Source: Candidatus Krumholzibacteriales bacterium
Lineage (GTDB): Bacteria > Krumholzibacteriota > Krumholzibacteriia > Krumholzibacteriales > WJIX01
DNA: 64,000 nucleotides
Direction of reading: 5' to 3'
NCBI GenBank assembly: GCA_046483305.1
Contig: JAWODM010000034.1
Coordinates: 32,001-96,000 of the forward strand
Part shown: in pieces, positions 17,463-27,774 of the stretch
Position numbering within the stretch: position 1 is the first letter of the stretch
Layout of the letters: each line of letters opens with the position of its first letter
Program-made: the position numbers and the translations under genes
Notes under the pieces: model-generated
Told to the model about the DNA's origin: nothing
Database searches by the model: none
Seen by the model: only the letters and a program-made list of their open reading frames with translations

Positions 17463-18767
17463 ATGCCTGATATATGTATGGTTGGAACAGGTTATGTAGG
17501 GCTGGTGAGCGGCGCCTGCCTGGCTGATTTTGGAAATACAGTCATATGCGTGGATATAAACGAGGACAGAATTTCTCAGATAAAGAACGGCATTATACCG
17601 ATTTATGAACCGGGGCTCAAGGAGCTGGTAAGCAGAAACAGAGATTCCGGCAGGTTATTTTTTGCCACCGATCTGGAAGAAGGGGTGAGAAAATCGGATG
17701 TTATCTTCTCCGCGGTGGGAACCCCCATGGGGGAAGACGGTTCGGCCGACCTCGGCGCGGTTTTCCGTGTTGCCGCTGATGTGGCCGGCTATATGAAACA
17801 GTACAAGGTGTTCGTTCAGAAGAGTACAGTCCCGGTAGGTACTTCAGAGAAGGTGGGGCAGATTATCAGGGAAAATCTCAAGGGAGATATCGACTTTGAG
17901 AGGGTATCCAACCCGGAATTCCTGAGAGAAGGATCCGCCATTGAGGATTTCATGCGCCCCAATAGAGTTGTTATCGGGGTGGACAGCCCCAGGGCAAGGG
18001 AGATCATGAGAGAGATTTACCGCCCGCTCTACCTGCTGGAAACGCCGGTGGTATTCACTTCGGTCAGAACAGCCGAGCTTATCAAGTACGCCAGCAATTC
18101 GTTCCTGGCTGTGAAGATATCATTCATAAACGAGATAGCGGACCTCTGTGAGAAACTGGGCGCGGATATCAGCGATGTGGCCAAAGCCATGGGCCTGGAC
18201 AGGAGGATCGGGCCCAAATTTCTTCACGCCGGTATCGGTTACGGGGGATCCTGCCTCCCCAAGGACGTGGCAGCCATACTTCATACGGCGGAAACCCACG
18301 GGGTGGACCTCAGGATTATCTCCGGGGCCGACAGGGTCAACAATGCAAGGGTGGACAGGCTGATGGAAAAGGTATACTCCGAATTCCCCGGTATTAAGGG
18401 AATAGATATAGCCCTGCTGGGGCTTTCATTCAAGCCGAACACCGACGATGTGCGCGACGCCCCGTCACTGAGGTTCATAGACCGGGCGCTGGAGGAGGGA
18501 GCGGAGCTGAGAGTTTATGATCCGATCGCCATGGATAACGTCAAGGAGATATACGGTTCGAAGCTCAAATATTTCGATAACGCCTACGGCGCTATCGAGG
18601 GGGCGGAAGCGCTGGTTATAATGACCGAATGGAATGAATTCAGAGTGCTCGATATGGACAGGGTGGAGGAACTGATGAAGGGCAGGGCGATCTTCGACTG
18701 CCGCAACATATATAAGGACGTCGATCTCGAGAGTAAGGGGTTCTCGTATCATTCGTTCGGCCGCTGA
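17463..18767 (+). CDS. ugd: UDP-glucose 6-dehydrogenase
   Basis: GTGYVG, KSTVPVGT, NPEFLREG, GYGGSCLPKD and FKPNTDD. Confidence 0.93.
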   Translation: MPDICMVGTGYVGLVSGACLADFGNTVICVDINEDRISQIKNGIIPIYEPGLKELVSRNRDSGRLFFATDLEEGVRKSDVIFSAVGTPMGEDGSADLGAVFRVAADVAGYMKQYKVFVQKSTVPVGTSEKVGQIIRENLKGDIDFERVSNPEFLREGSAIEDFMRPNRVVIGVDSPRAREIMREIYRPLYLLETPVVFTSVRTAELIKYASNSFLAVKISFINEIADLCEKLGADISDVAKAMGLDRRIGPKFLHAGIGYGGSCLPKDVAAILHTAETHGVDLRIISGADRVNNARVDRLMEKVYSEFPGIKGIDIALLGLSFKPNTDDVRDAPSLRFIDRALEEGAELRVYDPIAMDNVKEIYGSKLKYFDNAYGAIEGAEALVIMTEWNEFRVLDMDRVEELMKGRAIFDCRNIYKDVDLESKGFSYHSFGR

Positions 18768-18851
18768 CCCGCCTGGCCTCCGGTTCCCCTGCCGGAACCG
18801 GGAGTTTTCTCCCGGCTGTGCGGAAACGCGGTTTGCGAGAGGATGTAACTG

Positions 18852-19880
18852 ATGAGGAAAATTCTGGTCACCGGAGGAGCCGGGTTTATCGGATCCAATT
18901 TCGTTAAAATGATTCTGGAAAGGAAGAGCCGTAACCATGTGATAGTTCTGGATAAACTCACCTACGCCGGGAATATAGATAATCTTGAGGGGTATATGAA
19001 TAATCCCGGGCTTGATTTTGTGAGGGGCGACATCGGAAACGGGCAGCTTCTGGACCTGCTGGTGCCGGGGGTGGATATAATTTATAATTTCGCCGCTGAA
19101 ACGCACGTGGACCGTTCCATCCTGGAGGGCGGTTCTTTTGTGAGAACCGACGTGATGGGTACCTTCACGCTTCTTCAGAAAGCCATGGAGCATGAGGTGC
19201 CCCGTTTTGTGCAGGTCTCCACTGACGAAGTATATGGGAGTATTGAAAAGGGAAAGTTCAGGGAAACCGATCCGATAAGGCCTAACAGCCCCTATTCAGC
19301 CTCCAAATCGGGAGCGGATCTGCTGGTAAGGGCCTTCTACAAAACATATGGACTGCCGGTTCTGATAACCAGAAGTTCCAATAATTACGGGCCGTTCCAG
19401 CATCCCGAAAAATTCATTCCGTTGTTTATCACCAATGCTCTTGAGGGCAGGGAACTTCCGCTCTACGGAGACGGCAGGAATGTAAGAGACTGGATCTATG
19501 TTGAGGATAACTGCCGTGCTATCGATCTGGTGGGGAGGAGGGGCAGAATCGGAGAGGTATACAATATCGGCGCCGGCGCGGAGAAGGAGAACCGTTATAT
19601 CGCCGGGAAGATACTGGAACTGACCGGAGCTGATAGCGGACTGCTCAAACTGGTTTCCGACAGGCCGGGACACGACAGAAGGTACGCAATAGACTCGCGC
19701 AAGATTAAATCTCTGGGATGGAAGAACAGGACAGCTTTCCCGGAGGGGCTCGAAAAGACCGTTAAGTGGTACATGAAGAATAAGAGCTGGTGGAAGAGAA
19801 TCAAGGAAGGCAGTTTCAGGGACTATTACGACAGAATGTACAGTCAGCGGCTTGAGGAATCTTCTGACGGGAAAGGTTGA
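18852..19880 (+). CDS. rfbB: dTDP-glucose 4,6-dehydratase
   Basis: GGAGFIG, AAETHVDRSI, STDEVYG, YSASK and DRPGHDRRY. Confidence 0.95.
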   Translation: MRKILVTGGAGFIGSNFVKMILERKSRNHVIVLDKLTYAGNIDNLEGYMNNPGLDFVRGDIGNGQLLDLLVPGVDIIYNFAAETHVDRSILEGGSFVRTDVMGTFTLLQKAMEHEVPRFVQVSTDEVYGSIEKGKFRETDPIRPNSPYSASKSGADLLVRAFYKTYGLPVLITRSSNNYGPFQHPEKFIPLFITNALEGRELPLYGDGRNVRDWIYVEDNCRAIDLVGRRGRIGEVYNIGAGAEKENRYIAGKILELTGADSGLLKLVSDRPGHDRRYAIDSRKIKSLGWKNRTAFPEGLEKTVKWYMKNKSWWKRIKEGSFRDYYDRMYSQRLEESSDGKG

Positions 19881-19882
19881 TA

Positions 19883-20980
19883 ATGAAAGCGGCAGTTGTA
19901 GTCGGAGCGAGGCCTAATTTCATGAAAGCCGCCCCCCTTATGAGGGAGTTCGGCTCGAGAAGGGGGATCGACGCTTTCCTGGTGCACACCGGCCAGCACT
20001 ACGATGAAAATATGTCGAAGGTTTTTTTCGAAGACCTGAATCTGCCCAGGCCGGATATATATCTGGAAATAGGTTCCGGCACTCATGCCGCCCAGACTGC
20101 CGGGGTTATGGTGGAGTTCGAAAAAGTGGTGGCCCGGAATAATCCCGACCTGATAATAGTGGTGGGCGATGTCAATTCAACCCTGGCCTGCTCTCTGGTA
20201 GGAGCGAAGCAGCATATCCCGGTTGCTCACGTGGAGGCGGGGCTTAGAAGCTTTGACAAGAGAATGCCCGAGGAGATTAACAGAATGGTTACAGATATTA
20301 TCTCCGATTTCTGTTTTACCACCTCTCCGGAAGCGGAATTCAATCTGAACAGGGAGGGTATCGGGAAGGAGAGGATATTCTTCGTAGGCAATGTAATGAT
20401 AGATTCATTAAAATCTTATATCGAAAAATCGGAACAATCCCGGATTCTGGAAGAGCTGAAACTCAGTAAGGGAAAGTATATACTGGTCACTCTCCACCGG
20501 CCTTCCAATGTGGACGATCCCGCGCAGTTCAGGTCTCTCTTCGAGGTGCTGGACAGGCTTGCCGAATCTAACCGGGTGGTTTTCCCGATGCATCCCAGGA
20601 CACGCAAGGTAATGGATGGGGCGGGGATAAGCCTGGAAGCCGGTTCCGGTTTCAAGGTAATCGAGCCGGTGGGGTACCTCGACTTTCTCAAATGCATGAA
20701 GTATTCCAGGCTGGTTGTTACCGATTCCGGAGGAATACAGGAAGAGACCACGGTGCTGGGGATACCCTGTTTGACGGTGCGGGATAACACGGAGAGGCCG
20801 ATCACCGTCAGGATGGGAACCAACCGGCTGGTAGGAACCAGGGCTGAAGATCTCTACGCCTCCGCACTGGAGGTTCTGGAGGAGGGAGTGGGCGATTTCA
20901 GTGTGCCTCCTCTGTGGGACGGTATGACAGCCCCGCGGATAGCGGACATAATTGAGAATGCTTTTGACAGCGCCGGGTGA
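19883..20980 (+). CDS. wecB: UDP-N-acetylglucosamine 2-epimerase (non-hydrolysing)
   Basis: GARPNFMK, HTGQHYD, HVEAGLRS and DSGGIQEE. Confidence 0.93.
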   Translation: MKAAVVVGARPNFMKAAPLMREFGSRRGIDAFLVHTGQHYDENMSKVFFEDLNLPRPDIYLEIGSGTHAAQTAGVMVEFEKVVARNNPDLIIVVGDVNSTLACSLVGAKQHIPVAHVEAGLRSFDKRMPEEINRMVTDIISDFCFTTSPEAEFNLNREGIGKERIFFVGNVMIDSLKSYIEKSEQSRILEELKLSKGKYILVTLHRPSNVDDPAQFRSLFEVLDRLAESNRVVFPMHPRTRKVMDGAGISLEAGSGFKVIEPVGYLDFLKCMKYSRLVVTDSGGIQEETTVLGIPCLTVRDNTERPITVRMGTNRLVGTRAEDLYASALEVLEEGVGDFSVPPLWDGMTAPRIADIIENAFDSAG

Positions 20981-21025
20981 GCCCGGACGCGAAAGGAACG
21001 GCCGAGGGAGGTACCGGCTTAGGAA

Positions 21026-22117
21026 ATGGTTAAGTTGTCTTATTCGGGTATAGTTGTTCCTTTTTGCCTGTCATTCCTGGTCTGTTTTATGATGACCCCT
21101 CTGGTCAGGAATATAGCGGCCAGGTGGAAGATCTGCGATAAGCCGAATGACAGAGCAAACGGGGATATCGCTCATATAGGAGGGGTTGCCATAGTTGCCG
21201 CCATAGTGGTAGGCCTGGTCCCCGTCTTTCTATTCCTGGTAGAGGAACAGATGCTCCCCAGGGTGTTCTTCCCTGTGCTTATAGTCAGCGGCTTTATTAT
21301 ATTCGTGCTGGGGGTGATCGACGATCTGAGGTCCCTGCATTATAAATACAAGCTGGTTCTGCAGCTGGTGGCCTCTGTGATAGTTTCTCTCGGGGGGATA
21401 TTTCTCTTCGCCAGTTTTTTCAGCTTCCCCCTGACGATTCATTTCGTGGTGGCAGTATTCATAGCAATCACCCTGTGGATTATGGCGGTCACGAGTTCCT
21501 TTAATCTGATAGACGGGATTGACGGACTGGCAACCGGAATAGCGGTTATCGCCGCCGCGGAGCTGTCAGTGGCCGGTTATTTATTCGATAACGCCGTGGT
21601 ACTGTATACATCGGTGGTAGTTCTCGGCGCGTCAGTCGCTTTTCTGAGATACAACTTCCCTCCCGCGATGATATTCATGGGAGATTCCGGCTCTCTCTTC
21701 TTCGGATTGATATTGGGATTGATAACCATATTTACGGTTATTCCGGGAAAAGATATCTTCTACAGAATAGCGGGATGCGTATTCATTCTGAGTATTCCTC
21801 TGACTGACGCAGTCCTGGCATTCCTTCGAAGGGCAATTGAGGGCCGTCCGGTTTTCGAAGCGGATTTGAAGCATCTGCATTATGTCCTGCTGTTCAAATA
21901 CGGTTCCATGAGAAAGGTTGATTTTGCCCTGTGGGGGCTCTCGCTGATTCTTGGTATCCTGGGGGTCTGGACCATGACCGGGAGCCTTGCCGCCTTTATT
22001 ATCGCGGCCTCCCTGCAGCTGGCGCTGCTTTTCTACTCATTCTACCTTATGACCAATACTCCGGTAACCGCTGAACGGATAAACAGCATCATTGCCGAAT
22101 ACAGGAAGAGGCAGTGA
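21026..22117 (+). CDS. WecA/TagO-type undecaprenyl-phosphate HexNAc-1-phosphate transferase
   Basis: GVIDD, NLIDGIDGL, FMGDSG and HLHY; polytopic membrane protein. Confidence 0.9.
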   Translation: MVKLSYSGIVVPFCLSFLVCFMMTPLVRNIAARWKICDKPNDRANGDIAHIGGVAIVAAIVVGLVPVFLFLVEEQMLPRVFFPVLIVSGFIIFVLGVIDDLRSLHYKYKLVLQLVASVIVSLGGIFLFASFFSFPLTIHFVVAVFIAITLWIMAVTSSFNLIDGIDGLATGIAVIAAAELSVAGYLFDNAVVLYTSVVVLGASVAFLRYNFPPAMIFMGDSGSLFFGLILGLITIFTVIPGKDIFYRIAGCVFILSIPLTDAVLAFLRRAIEGRPVFEADLKHLHYVLLFKYGSMRKVDFALWGLSLILGILGVWTMTGSLAAFIIAASLQLALLFYSFYLMTNTPVTAERINSIIAEYRKRQ

Positions 22118-22232
22118 ACTTTAAGGAAGAGAGCTGCTGCCGGGCGCCCGTTTATCTTTGCCTTTTGAGAATTTCTGTGATACCTTGACATTAAAAAATA
22201 TTGGCGTTCAGCTTTTGAGGAGTTGATCAGAA

Positions 22233-23114
22233 ATAGCATCCAGCGAGTATAGAATAGCGTTCGGGGGTTCAACGGTAAAGGAAGCGGGCTCGGGCCTGGT
22301 CTCTTCCATGCGGGGGGTTATGCCTGACTCGGAATACAGAGAGATAGTAGCTGATGACGAGCGGGAAGCAAACGGTTCCGACCTGAGAGGATATCTGAGT
22401 CTGTTAGAGGATAAGGAACTGGATATATTGATCTGCGACGCCTCTCTGATACCATTTCCGCTCAGCCCGGAGCTTAAGATCGCGGCGGTGCCGGAAAGGA
22501 CCAATCCTTTTAATGTATTCATTTCGGAACACGCTTCGATCTTCGAGGATTACCGTGGTGAAATGCCTATCGAGGTATTCAGCCCGGTAATAAAGGGCCA
22601 GCTGATATATCATCATCCGGCATACAAATATGTTGAATGCGACAGGAATTTCTACCACTGCTACCGGAGGATGGTCAATGAGGAGTGCGGGGGGTTTGTT
22701 CTGCCCGCTTTCGTGGTGGAAACCCTGAATCAGCAGGGCAGGGTGGTGGAGGTATTCAGCTCCTCGGTCTGTATGCCGCTCCCCGGGCAGGGAACGCTGG
22801 CTCTGATAACCAGGAAGTCAGACCGGAAGAGCTCGGGGCTCGCCGGGGAGATTAATAACCCGAACCTGTGGCTGGCGCTGAACCTGGAGAGAAAATTCGC
22901 CGGGAGCGCGGTGTTTGAAAACAGGTGTGTTGGAGCGCTTTGCACCATATCCGGGCTGGCTCTGGATTTCAGCGCCGTTATAGTGAGTCAGGACGGCTCC
23001 GAAAGATTTGAGCGCGCTGTCTCCGGAAAAACGGATGATGGAGAAGATATTATCAGAAAACTGATCGATACTATTTATTCCGCCGGTAGTGAAACCGGCA
23101 CCAACTTAGCTTGA
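22233..23114 (+). CDS. Divergent porphobilinogen deaminase (HemC)-like protein, probably inactive; start uncertain (ATA 22233 or ATG 22308)
   Basis: HemC-like segments LLEDKELDILIC, IAAVPER, MPLPGQGTLAL, ER...C-VGA and SQDGS. The catalytic VHSxKD and RGN motifs are missing. Confidence 0.6.
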   Translation: MASSEYRIAFGGSTVKEAGSGLVSSMRGVMPDSEYREIVADDEREANGSDLRGYLSLLEDKELDILICDASLIPFPLSPELKIAAVPERTNPFNVFISEHASIFEDYRGEMPIEVFSPVIKGQLIYHHPAYKYVECDRNFYHCYRRMVNEECGGFVLPAFVVETLNQQGRVVEVFSSSVCMPLPGQGTLALITRKSDRKSSGLAGEINNPNLWLALNLERKFAGSAVFENRCVGALCTISGLALDFSAVIVSQDGSERFERAVSGKTDDGEDIIRKLIDTIYSAGSETGTNLA

Positions 23115-23136
23115 AACCTAATGGAGAATACGCTAT

Positions 23137-24408
23137 ATGCTTGACAGGAAATTGATCAGAAAGGATCCCGGCAGAGTGCGGGAGGGTATCAGGAACAAGG
23201 GAAGCGACTTCGACCTGGACCATTTTCTGGAAGTGGACCGGCGAAGGCGGGAGCTGCTTCAGGAAGTGGAATCACTTAAGCATGAAAAGAATGTAGCCTC
23301 CAGGGAGATTTCCCGCCTGATGCGGGAGAAGAAGGACGCTTCGGAGCTGATAGAGAGCATGAAGGCGACCTCTTCCACCATCAAAGAGCATGAAGATGAG
23401 TTGAAAGATATAACGGCGGAATTACAGGAACTTGAGCTTGATATTCCGAATATACCTCATGAGAGCGCGCCGGCCGGAACCTGCGAGGAAGATAACCCGG
23501 TTATCAGGGAATGGGGCGACCCGTTCAGAAATGACCTTCCCATACTGCCTCACTGGGAAATTGGTGAAAAACTGGGGGTGCTGGACCTGGAAGCCGGCGC
23601 CTCAGTGAGCGGAAGCGGCTTCGTGGTCCTGCGGGATGACGGGGCGCTTCTGTCCAGGGCGCTGGTGAACTATATGCTGGATACTCACCGCGGCAGGGGT
23701 TACCGGGAGGTCTCGGTTCCATATCTGGTAAGCAGGGATTCGATGATCGGAACCGGCCAGCTTCCCAAGATGGCGGACGATATGTACCACTGCAGCCGGG
23801 ATGACCTGTTCTGCATACCGACAGCGGAGGTGCCGGTAACAAACCTCCTGAGAGAAACCACCGTTCCGGAAGGCCGGCTCCCCGTGAAAATGGTTGCGTA
23901 CAGCCCCTGTTTCCGCAGAGAGGCGGGGAGCTACGGCAAGGATACCAGGGGGCTTATCAGAGTTCACCAGTTCGACAAGGTGGAGATGGTGAGGGTGGTC
24001 AATCCTGATGATTCCTACCGCCATCTGGAACTTCTGCTTGAGGATGCGCTTTTTATTCTTGAAAACCTGGATATTCCCTACCGGGTTATAGAACTCTGCA
24101 CCGGAGACCTGAGCTTCTCGGCCGCCAAGTGTTACGATATAGAAACCTATGCTCCCGCTACCGGGCAGTGGCTGGAAGTCTCATCCTGCAGCAACTTCGA
24201 GGATTTCCAGGCCAGAAGAGCGAGAATCAAATTCCGGGAGGAGAAGGACGGCGGCTCGGAGTTTGTGCATACCCTTAACGGTTCGGGGCTGGCTCTTCCT
24301 CGAATCATTGCAACCATCCTTGAACTCTATCAGACTCCCACGGGAAAGGTCCGGGTTCCCGATCCTCTTACCCGCTATATGGGCGGCCGGGAATTCCTGG
24401 GGGGGTAA
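23137..24408 (+). CDS. serS: Seryl-tRNA synthetase
   Basis: IPTAEVP, FRREAGSYGKDTRGLIRVHQF, EVSSCSN and HTLNGSGLA. Confidence 0.97.
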   Translation: MLDRKLIRKDPGRVREGIRNKGSDFDLDHFLEVDRRRRELLQEVESLKHEKNVASREISRLMREKKDASELIESMKATSSTIKEHEDELKDITAELQELELDIPNIPHESAPAGTCEEDNPVIREWGDPFRNDLPILPHWEIGEKLGVLDLEAGASVSGSGFVVLRDDGALLSRALVNYMLDTHRGRGYREVSVPYLVSRDSMIGTGQLPKMADDMYHCSRDDLFCIPTAEVPVTNLLRETTVPEGRLPVKMVAYSPCFRREAGSYGKDTRGLIRVHQFDKVEMVRVVNPDDSYRHLELLLEDALFILENLDIPYRVIELCTGDLSFSAAKCYDIETYAPATGQWLEVSSCSNFEDFQARRARIKFREEKDGGSEFVHTLNGSGLALPRIIATILELYQTPTGKVRVPDPLTRYMGGREFLGG

Positions 24409-24409
24409 T

Positions 24410-25657
24410 ATGAAGATCAGGCTATCAAGAAATCTTCCCTTTCTCATCAGGGTATATTTCATTGTGGGAGGCATAATACTGGTGATATCGATGCTCTATT
24501 ACAATAATACCCTGATAACCAGGATGCGCGAACAGGCCGAGAGCACCACAAAGCTGTTTTCCCGCTTTACCGCTCTGGCTCTGAGCAGGGTGGAGAACGC
24601 AGGCAGCAGGCAGTTTGTGAGGGAGATTCGTGAATCGATGATTCTGCCGCTGGTGATAACAGACGCTAGGGGCAGGCCGATGATATGGAATGAAATAGGC
24701 ATAGAACAGGTGGGCGATTCGGAGTATTCAAGGCTTCTGGATTTCGATCCGGCTGATCCGGACGATCCGCTGCTGGAAAAGGTTATGGAAAAGGTCAGGA
24801 GCTTCGACAGAATAAATGAACCGATCCCGGTCAATACCAACGGCCAGCAGCTCAATATCCACTACGGCCTTTCCGGACTGGCCAGGGAACTTAGAATAGC
24901 CCCATACGTTCAATTAGGTGTGTTCGTTATATTCGCTCTGTTTGGTTTCATGGGGTTTATTTATCTGAAACGCAGCGAACAGAGGTCCATATGGGTCGGC
25001 ATGTCGAAGGAAACCGCCCACCAGCTGGGAACGCCGATATCTTCACTGATGGGCTGGCTGGAGATCATCAAGGGAGAACTCAGAAAGCCTGATATGTACA
25101 GGGAAAAGATAGAATCAGCCGCCATGGAAGCGGAGCTGGACGTTCAGAGGCTCAGCAGAATCTCTTCAAGGTTCAGCAAGATAGGTTCGGCGCCCAGGCT
25201 GGAATACCAGGATATAGGCGATATCATATCAGACACGGTCGATTATTTCAAGAGAAGGCGCCCGGCGCTCAGCATTAATTCGATTATTAACCTGGAACTT
25301 GAAGAGATGCCGGAGGTGCGCTGCAGCGCTGACCTGATCGGCTGGGTGTTCGAGAACCTTATAAAGAATTCGCTGGATGCCATCAGCGAAGGAGAGGGGC
25401 GTATCGAGATAACCGGCAGGGTGAACAGGAAAAACAACAGAATAGAGATAACGGTAAGCGATACAGGCAAAGGGATACCGCCGGCGCTCAGAAAAAGGGT
25501 GTTCGCCCCCGGAGTTACCACCAAGAGGCGGGGGTGGGGCCTCGGCCTGGCGCTGGTCAAGAGGATAGTGGAAGAGATTCATAACGGCTCGATCACGCTT
25601 GCGGATTCCGAACTGGGCAAGGGAACTACCTTTATTCTTAAATTCCCCGTTGATTAG
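24410..25657 (+). CDS. Membrane sensor histidine kinase
   Basis: Two TM segments, H-box ETAHQLGTP, ENLIKNS, DTGKG and GWGLGL. The likely start is ATG 24410, not 24149. Confidence 0.92.
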   Translation: MKIRLSRNLPFLIRVYFIVGGIILVISMLYYNNTLITRMREQAESTTKLFSRFTALALSRVENAGSRQFVREIRESMILPLVITDARGRPMIWNEIGIEQVGDSEYSRLLDFDPADPDDPLLEKVMEKVRSFDRINEPIPVNTNGQQLNIHYGLSGLARELRIAPYVQLGVFVIFALFGFMGFIYLKRSEQRSIWVGMSKETAHQLGTPISSLMGWLEIIKGELRKPDMYREKIESAAMEAELDVQRLSRISSRFSKIGSAPRLEYQDIGDIISDTVDYFKRRRPALSINSIINLELEEMPEVRCSADLIGWVFENLIKNSLDAISEGEGRIEITGRVNRKNNRIEITVSDTGKGIPPALRKRVFAPGVTTKRRGWGLGLALVKRIVEEIHNGSITLADSELGKGTTFILKFPVD

Positions 25658-25665
25658 AAGGAGAA

Positions 25666-27231
25666 ATGGTTTTGAATATGAATAATATGATTTTATGGGT
25701 TGACGACGAGATCGAGCTTCTCCGGTCCCATATTATTTTTCTGGAAGAGAAGGGTTACAGCGTCAAGGGTGTATCCAGCGGTGAGGAGGGAGTGGCAGAA
25801 ATAAGGAAGAGTAACTACGATCTGGTATTCCTGGATGAAAATATGCCCGGTAAAGACGGCATCAGCACTCTCCAGGAGATTAAGGCCATTAATATGAATC
25901 TTCCGGTGATCATGGTGACCAAAAACGAAGAAGAGGGGATCATGGACCAGGCGATAGGCCTGAAGATAGATGACTATCTGATCAAACCGATCAATCCTCT
26001 CCAGTCTTATCTGGCGGCGAAGAAGATTCTGCAGTCTTCCAGGATTCAGAAGGATACCCTGAGCAGAGAATATCTGGAGGAGTTCCGGAGGCTGGACAGC
26101 CTTCTTGATTCTGATCTCAGCGCCGATGAATGGAAGGGGATTCACCAGAGTTTATCCAGGTGGGACCTTGAGCTGAGTGATCTCACCAAAACGGGGCTGG
26201 AGCAGATTCACAGCGATCTGAAGGAGAGGAGCAATCAGAAGTTTTCGGAGTTTGTGGTAGAAAACTATAAGGATTGGGTCAATTCTGAAGACCGCCCCCT
26301 TATGACCAAGGACGTTTTTGACAGGTATACCCTGCCTGCTGTTTCGAAGGGAAAACAGGTATACCTGATGGTAATCGACTGCATGAGATATGACCAGTGG
26401 CTGATGATAGAAGATCTTCTGGCTGACCAATATATAATTCACAGGGATTTAATCTATTCTATTCTTCCGTCGGCGACGCCCTATTCGAGAAACGCTATAT
26501 TCTCGGGTCTTTACCCCATAGGCATAAGACAGCAGTACCCGCAGTTCTGGCTGGAGAGAGCGGACGACGACGGCTCGGGCAAGAACCGTTTCGAGATGGA
26601 GTTAATGGAAGAACAGCTCAAGGCCAAAGGTTTCGGTAAGGTCAAATCAAAATATATAAAGATATTCAGCAATGAGGATACCGCGAAGATAAGCGACGAG
26701 ATAGGTTCGTATAAGTCGCTGGATCTGATAGCGATAGTGGTAAACTTTCTGGATATGCTCTCCCATGGCCGGAGCCATATAAGGCTCCTTCAGGAGATTG
26801 CTCCGGATGAGGGGGCTTTCAGGTCTCTGATGAGGTCCTGGTTCATACATTCCGCGCTGTTCGATATTCTGCAGAAAATCAGGAGCGAAGGAGCAACAGT
26901 CATCATCACCACTGATCACGGGTCGGTTTTATGCAGGAGAGCTACCATGGTCAAAGCTAACCGGGAGACATCCACAAACCTGAGATATAAATTCGGAGAG
27001 AATATAAGCTGCGATGAAAAGTACACCTATCATGTTGAGGATCCGAGAAGTATCAAGCTGCCGGCCGAAAGCCCCGCGAAGAACTATATATTCGCCAAAT
27101 CTGATTACTATTTTGTTTATCCCACTAATTATCACAAGTATGAACGGCAGTACAGGAACACTTTCCAGCATGGGGGGATATCCCTGGAGGAGCTTATAGT
27201 TCCCTGTATCAGGCTGGAGCCTAAGTTCTGA
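25666..27231 (+). CDS. porX: PorX-type response regulator (receiver plus PglZ/alkaline-phosphatase domain)
   Basis: ILWVDDEI and LDENMPG receiver motifs, then IDCMRYDQW, LPSATPYSRNAIF, TTDHG and FQHGGISLEE. Confidence 0.88.
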   Translation: MVLNMNNMILWVDDEIELLRSHIIFLEEKGYSVKGVSSGEEGVAEIRKSNYDLVFLDENMPGKDGISTLQEIKAINMNLPVIMVTKNEEEGIMDQAIGLKIDDYLIKPINPLQSYLAAKKILQSSRIQKDTLSREYLEEFRRLDSLLDSDLSADEWKGIHQSLSRWDLELSDLTKTGLEQIHSDLKERSNQKFSEFVVENYKDWVNSEDRPLMTKDVFDRYTLPAVSKGKQVYLMVIDCMRYDQWLMIEDLLADQYIIHRDLIYSILPSATPYSRNAIFSGLYPIGIRQQYPQFWLERADDDGSGKNRFEMELMEEQLKAKGFGKVKSKYIKIFSNEDTAKISDEIGSYKSLDLIAIVVNFLDMLSHGRSHIRLLQEIAPDEGAFRSLMRSWFIHSALFDILQKIRSEGATVIITTDHGSVLCRRATMVKANRETSTNLRYKFGENISCDEKYTYHVEDPRSIKLPAESPAKNYIFAKSDYYFVYPTNYHKYERQYRNTFQHGGISLEELIVPCIRLEPKF

Positions 27232-27276
27232 TTGCTGATATTATTCCGCTTGTTGTGAATGAACTGCAGGTGATTA

Positions 27277-27774
27277 TTGAAAACGGAAAGATTGAATGAG
27301 TTAAGCGGAGAAATCAGGGAATGGGTCGCGGCAAGCCGCTCGCCGGCCCGGACCGTTTCCATGGGAGAGGTTTTCGGCCGCCTCCTGCCGGAAGGCGCCA
27401 CGGTATCTTTCGAGGGAGGGCTCGGTTCGGGGAAGACCTGTTTCATAAAAGGGGTATGTTCGGGACTGGGAATCCGCGGCGAGGTCCTCAGCCCCAGCTT
27501 TATTCTGGTAGAGGAGTACAGGGGGGATTTCAACGTTCTGCACTTTGATCTCTACCGGTTGGAAGAACTGGGAGATGTCTATCAGACCGGCCTGTTCGAC
27601 GCAGCCGACGGAATGAATATCATACTGGTGGAGTGGGGGGACAGGCTCCCGGAGAACTGTTTTGATTTCGACATAACCGTACGGATTGATATGGAGGGTG
27701 AAAAAATCAGGACTTTCAGATTCATAGGCCCGGCCAATTTTATTGACCGCTTGATGGAGGCGGCTGATGGATAA
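27277..27774 (+). CDS. tsaE: t6A biosynthesis ATPase TsaE
   Basis: GGLGSGKT, SPSF, HFDLYRL and VEWG. Confidence 0.92.
   Translation: MKTERLNELSGEIREWVAASRSPARTVSMGEVFGRLLPEGATVSFEGGLGSGKTCFIKGVCSGLGIRGEVLSPSFILVEEYRGDFNVLHFDLYRLEELGDVYQTGLFDAADGMNIILVEWGDRLPENCFDFDITVRIDMEGEKIRTFRFIGPANFIDRLMEAADG

Noticed and set aside
18778..18809. Hairpin CCGGTTCC/GGAACCGG between ugd and rfbB
   Set aside because: It may be a weak terminator or processing stem, but the U-tract is short and nothing else distinguishes it.
22224..22226. In-frame TGA upstream of the HemC-like ORF, considered as selenocysteine
   Set aside because: The upstream frame has no HemC-like sequence or convincing start, the position does not correspond to a known Cys, and no SECIS-like stem was seen.
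24149..24409. N-terminal extension of the kinase ORF given in the track
   Set aside because: It overlaps serS in another frame. The hydrophobic N-terminus starts at ATG 24410, right after the serS stop.
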